A stretch of DNA of 64,000 bases from NCBI GenBank assembly GCA_035221665.1, contig CM069140.1:16926001-16990000 (forward strand). Reading direction: 5' to 3'. Positions 59,912-64,000 of the stretch are shown one piece after another; position 1 is the first letter of the stretch, and each line of letters starts with the position of its first letter. A program made the position numbers and the translations under genes. The DNA comes from Okamejei kenojei. Its lineage: Eukaryota. The notes beneath the pieces are model-generated. The model was given only the letters and a program-made list of their open reading frames with translations. It did not search any database and was not told where the DNA came from.

Positions 59912-60008
59912 AAATGGTCTGAAGAAGGGTCTCAACCTGAAACGTCGCCCATTCCTTCTCTCCAGAGAGGCTGCCTGTCCTGCAGTTACTCCAGCATTTT
60001 GTGTATTT
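59912..60008 (+). mobile_element. Penelope-derived terminal repeat with a well-preserved hammerhead-like core
   Basis: ATGGT-CTGAAGA-A-GGGT-CTCA-ACCT-GAAA-CGTC-GCCCAT, with the core at 59919-59946. Confidence 0.85.
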
Positions 60009-60469
60009 TTGGATAAGTTGAGGAAAGAAATGAGAATTTCAGAGGGAAGAGTTTCACAGTGATTTGGTGAATTGCTGTCTGTTGGATTTGGATAGACTTT
60101 GTGGGAAAAGATTGAGTACAATTCTAGAAGGTGAATGGATGGATAATGCTCAGAGTCTCACTTGGGGTGATAAAAAGGTGTTAGGAGATTGGAAAATGTT
60201 AGTCTGAAGTTGACAACTGTTGTACATTTTGGGGTGATATCAATAGAGGATTTGTCCCATGTGGGAACTGATGTATGTGGAATGTGCTGCTGCACTATGG
60301 CTGTGCATTTTGAGTAGACTGTCATGAATTGAGTTTGTGGCTAAAAGAATATGAATAGTTTGTGGCATTTTATCTTGGTAAAGTGATTTTATTTTTTGGT
60401 AATGCTTTATCATTACCGTGTGTGCTGAGATAGTGAAAAACTTTGCATGCAATCTAGTGTAAACATTCT

Positions 60470-60910
60470 AGATCCAAGTTCAATCAAGCCATACACATGT
60501 ATAACAGGTAGGTAGGCAAGGAGAAAAATGCCAAAATGCAGAATATAGCATTGCAGTTAGGGAAAGTGGTCGTTCTGGATTACACCCCCAGTTTATGAGG
60601 ACCATTCTGTAGTCCGATAACAGCGGGAAACAAACTGTTCCTGTATCTGGTGGTAAATGTTTTCAAGCTTTTGTTCCTTTTTCGGCCCGGCAGCAGGAGG
60701 GAGAAGTGAGAATGACCGAGGGGAAAAATAGTCCTTGATTATGTTGGCTGCTTTCTTCAGGCAGTCAGGTGTGGGTGGAGTTGATTGGGTGAGGAGGGAG
60801 ATAGGCTGGACTGTGCAATGGACAGGGCTGCATCCACAACTCTCATGCAATTTTTTGCAGAGCTTTTGCCAAGCTAAGTTGCGATGCATCCCGATAGGAT
60901 GCTCTCTATA
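60470..60910 (-). mobile_element. Rex1/Babar LINE, 3' fragment
   Basis: CLKKAANIIKDYF and ATTTACCACCAGATACAGGAACAGTTTG (TTRYRNS). Confidence 0.75.
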
Positions 60911-60999
60911 CTCTCTAATGCTTTTTGCATGCTTAATACATGTAGGGAAGGAATTTTATCCGAGTTGTGTTATTTTCCCAATATCTAAAGATGTAGTTG

Positions 61000-61175
61000 C
61001 CCAGTGACACCCGGGTTTGATCCTGACCCCGGGTGTTGTCTGTGTAGAGTTTGCATGTTCTTCCTGTGCCCGTGTGGGTTTCCTCTCACATCCCAAAGTC
61101 ATGTGGGTTTGTAGGTTAAGTTGCCTCCGTAACTTGCCCCTGTGTTGGCAGTGGATGTGTAGGTGGGATAACATC
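61000..61175 (+). mobile_element. V-SINE fragment
   Basis: CCGGGTTTGATCCTGACC and GTCTGTGTAGAGTTTGCATGTTCT..GTGGGTTTCCTC. Confidence 0.75.
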
Positions 61176-61299
61176 TAAATAGAGGCAGAAATCAGAGCTG
61201 CAAAGGGACTTGGGAATGCTGGTGCAGGACTCCTAAAAAGTTAATTTGCAAGTTGAATCAGTAGTAAGAAGCGCAAATTCCATGCTAGCGTTTATATCA

Positions 61300-61845
61300 A
61301 TTTCTATGTTTCTTACCTCGACGGAGATGCATTTTTTTTCCTTTTTTTTCTTCTTCCTGTATTGTATCTCTGTCCGCACTGCGGCCTAACATCTTGGAGT
61401 TGGCAGCCTTTCCTAGAGACCGACCTGGCGCGCCAAGCCGCGGGAGTCTGCGGGACTTTAACATCGCGGAGCTTGCGATCCCTTTGCGGAGGATTGAAGT
61501 TCCAACCGCAGGGCCTGTGGACCGTAACGTCGTGAAGCCCGCGGTCACGGGAACTCCATGCCGCGGGGAGAATTTCAACAGCCTCGACGCGGGAGCTTCG
61601 ATCACCCCGACGGGGGCTTCGGTCATCGGATGCTGGGGATTTGATCGCCCCCACTGCGGATGGTTTGACTGCCCCGACCGTGGGAGAACAAGAGGAAGAA
61701 GATTGAACTTTATTGCCTTCCATCACAGTGAGGAATGTGGAATCCACTGTGATGGATGTTTATGTGAAATTTTATGTGTTTGTGTCTTGTTGCTTTTCAC
61801 TCAATATGGCTGTATGGTAACTCAAATTTCACTGTACCTTAATTG
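61300..61845 (+). mobile_element. CpG-rich non-coding interspersed element with a LINE-type 3' tail, inserted in CR1
   Basis: High CpG, internal repeats TT(C/T)GAT(C/G)..CCCC, and it ends AAATTTCACTGTACCTTAATTG like the 9045 family. It is flanked by CR1 pieces at 61180-61297 and 61846-62165. Confidence 0.6.
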
Positions 61846-62165
61846 TGGAAAGGAATTTTCCACTGGTGGGAGAGTCTAGGTCCAGAGGTCAAAGCCTCAG
61901 AATTAAAGGGTGCTCTTTTAGAAAGTAGGTGAGGAACTTCTTTAGTCAGAGGGTAATGAATCTGTGGAACTCATTGCCACAGAGCGGTGTGGAGGCCAAG
62001 CCGGTGGATATTTTTAAGGCTGAGATAGACAAATTCTTGATTAGAACGGGTGTCTAGGGTTATGGGGAGAAGGCAGGAAAATGGGATTAGGAGGCAGAGA
62101 TCAGCCATGATTGAATGGCGGAGTGGACTCGATGGGCAAAATGGCCTAATTCTACTCCTATAACC
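61846..62165 (+). mobile_element. CR1 LINE, 3' end
   Basis: [33 protein letters not shown]. Tail GATCAGCCATGATTGAATGGCGG. Confidence 0.88.
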
Positions 62166-62734
62166 TTTGAACATAATATGTGTGTGAACAGGTGATCGAT
62201 AGTTGGTGTGGGCTCGGTAGGTCGAAGGGCCTGTTTCCATGCTTATATTTCTAAACTGAACTAAATTACTTTAAATATTCTTTCTGAAAGTGTTTAATAT
62301 GCACCGTCTGAGTCAAATTTAAACATGACATTTTATTTGTAGATTTGTAATAACTAAATTGTTGGACTGTGAACCACCAACAGTTCTTTGCACTTTTAAA
62401 GGTTGCCTGTTTACTTAAAATGCATGTCTCTAATTCTTGACAATTTTCAATAGCAGTTTCATTGGCAGATGGTCAGTTACATACCACTCTTAGTGGTTCA
62501 ATAGGCCAGCCCATTGCTTTTTGGTGTTAAATTAAGTAAGCTTAATTGTACTTAATATTTGATGAGAGCAGAACATTTATTTGCCTTTGGCCATCTATTG
62601 TAAATAAACACCGCTCACTGGAGGCTTATGAACTTGCAGCATTACACCATGGTTATGATAACTTTACCATGCAGTTAATTTCATCGTTGTATTTTAGTGA
62701 GAAGGGATGAAACATAACAACTATTTAACTGTCG

Positions 62735-62886
62735 ATAGGCGCAAAATGCTGACGTAACTCAGCGGGACGGACAACATCACTGGAGGCATTCCTTCTCTCC
62801 AGAGATGCTGCCTGTCCCACTGAGTTACTCCAGCATTTTGTGTCTATATTCGGTTTAAACCAGCATCTGCAGTTCCCTGCTACACA
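62735..62886. mobile_element. Palindromic Penelope-derived element lacking the central core
   Basis: CAAAATGCTGACGTAACTCAGCGGGACGG..CTGGAG / CTCCAGAGATGCTGCCTGTCCCACTGAGTTACTCCAGCATTTTG..CATCTGCAGTTCC. Confidence 0.8.
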
Positions 62887-63619
62887 ATTATGCAGCTGCT
62901 GTGTGCAAAGCTTATTTGAAGAGGGCCTGCTGCATGATCTTATTAGATGTTTAAAAATTGGTTTGTGTTTCTTCTAAATGTTTAAGTTATGCATCCTGAC
63001 CCAAATTTAAAGTTACATTTTATTTGTAGTGGTTACAATGACTTAATCATTGCTCTTGCATAGAAAAGACATTGCCTATTTTGGCAAATTTCGTTATTGC
63101 CATCGGGTCTCTCCACACTCTTTGTTCCTGTGATTTCGGAGTTGGTGTTCAGTCTTTGATTTTTGCATTTAAATATTTAAATAACAATCAATTCCACATG
63201 GTAAGTATGAATTTTATGACATTAATCCAGAAACACATCCAATCTCCCGTATCTCATCTCATTCAGTTTTCTCTTGCTCTGTTTAATTTTTAATGTTGTG
63301 TGTCTAATGTGTTTTTAATGCGAAAAACATTGCTTACCAGATATCACTTTTCCCAACCTTTCACGTTTACTTGGAAGTTATTGCATTGATAGTCAGAAGT
63401 AGACTGAATCAATTCTATGCCAGACCGTTGTGGACTACTGTAGTAAGTTCAATTTCTATTTCGCTCTATCTAAGCTCCATTAATCTTACCTGTCCGATTC
63501 CCTCTGGAAAATGCTGATCATGTCTTTTTTCATCACCTCAACAGATCATGAATTGCAGATTATAACTAATCAGAATTGTTTTTTTAAAAAGGCTTTTTCT
63601 TCCATTCTCTTTGTATCTT

Positions 63620-64000
63620 TGCTGAAAATCCAAGAAGGTTTCCTTAACGTATGTGGATAGTCTGACTCAAGGAGGGACCATATTGGACCTTGTATTGGGA
63701 AAAGAGCTGGCCAGGTAACTGGTGTTGTGCCGGAAGAATAATTTGGAGAAAGGAAGGATGGAGGTTGCAAACTTTGTCAGGAAGAAAAAGGAAGCGTATG
63801 TCAGTTTAAGAAGGTGGCATGAGACTGGGCTGATGAGGAGTATAGAACAGATAGGAAATCACTCAAGCAGCTAATTAGAAGGGCCAAAAGCAAAAGTAAT
63901 TAGAGAGGCAGATTAATGAAAATCTCAAGGCTTTTTACACGTACATTACAAATAAGAGGGTGACCAGCGAGAAGATTGGACCACACAAAGGAAAAGGAAG
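63620..64000 (+). mobile_element. CR1 ORF2 fragment (end of endonuclease and linker), runs off the window
   Basis: YVDSLTQGGTILDLVLGKE and INENLKAFYTYITNKRVTSEKIGP. Confidence 0.8.

Larger units (their letters stand above)
6731..64000 (+). other. SSBP3: SSBP3 intron 4 (very long, extends beyond the window)
   Basis: The expected exon 5 (SAAAAPSPVLGN...) was not found downstream in the window. A long intron at this position is typical of vertebrate SSBP genes. Confidence 0.8.

Noticed and set aside
61297-61879. 109-161 aa overlapping ORFs
   Set aside because: This is a stop-poor GC-rich repeat with no recognisable domain.

Overview
Vertebrate genomic DNA, most likely from a cartilaginous fish (skate or ray). 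That assignment is inferred from the repeat landscape: HE1-like V-SINEs, HER1/CR1 LINEs and Penelope-derived elements. The window holds the CpG-island promoter and coding exons 1-4 of SSBP3 on the + strand (1397-6730). These exons encode the N-terminal LisH/LUFS region, with GT-AG junctions and correct phases. The rest of the window (about 57 kb) is intron 4, and exon 5 was not found. The intron is a mosaic of CR1, Rex1/Babar, Vingi-like and Hero-like LINE fragments, V-SINEs and two MITEs. It also contains about 25 copies of a Penelope-derived terminal repeat, separated by repeat-free blocks that look like enhancers. The main observations are: (1) the Penelope-derived repeat carries a minimal hammerhead-ribozyme core and appears as ORF-less palindromic units with 10-15 bp target-site duplications; (2) there is an inverted pair of degenerate histone H1-like sequences; (3) an Ig-switch-like GAGCT/GGGCT array lies just upstream of the SSBP3 start codon. 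Almost all ORFs in the supplied track are spurious or TE-derived.
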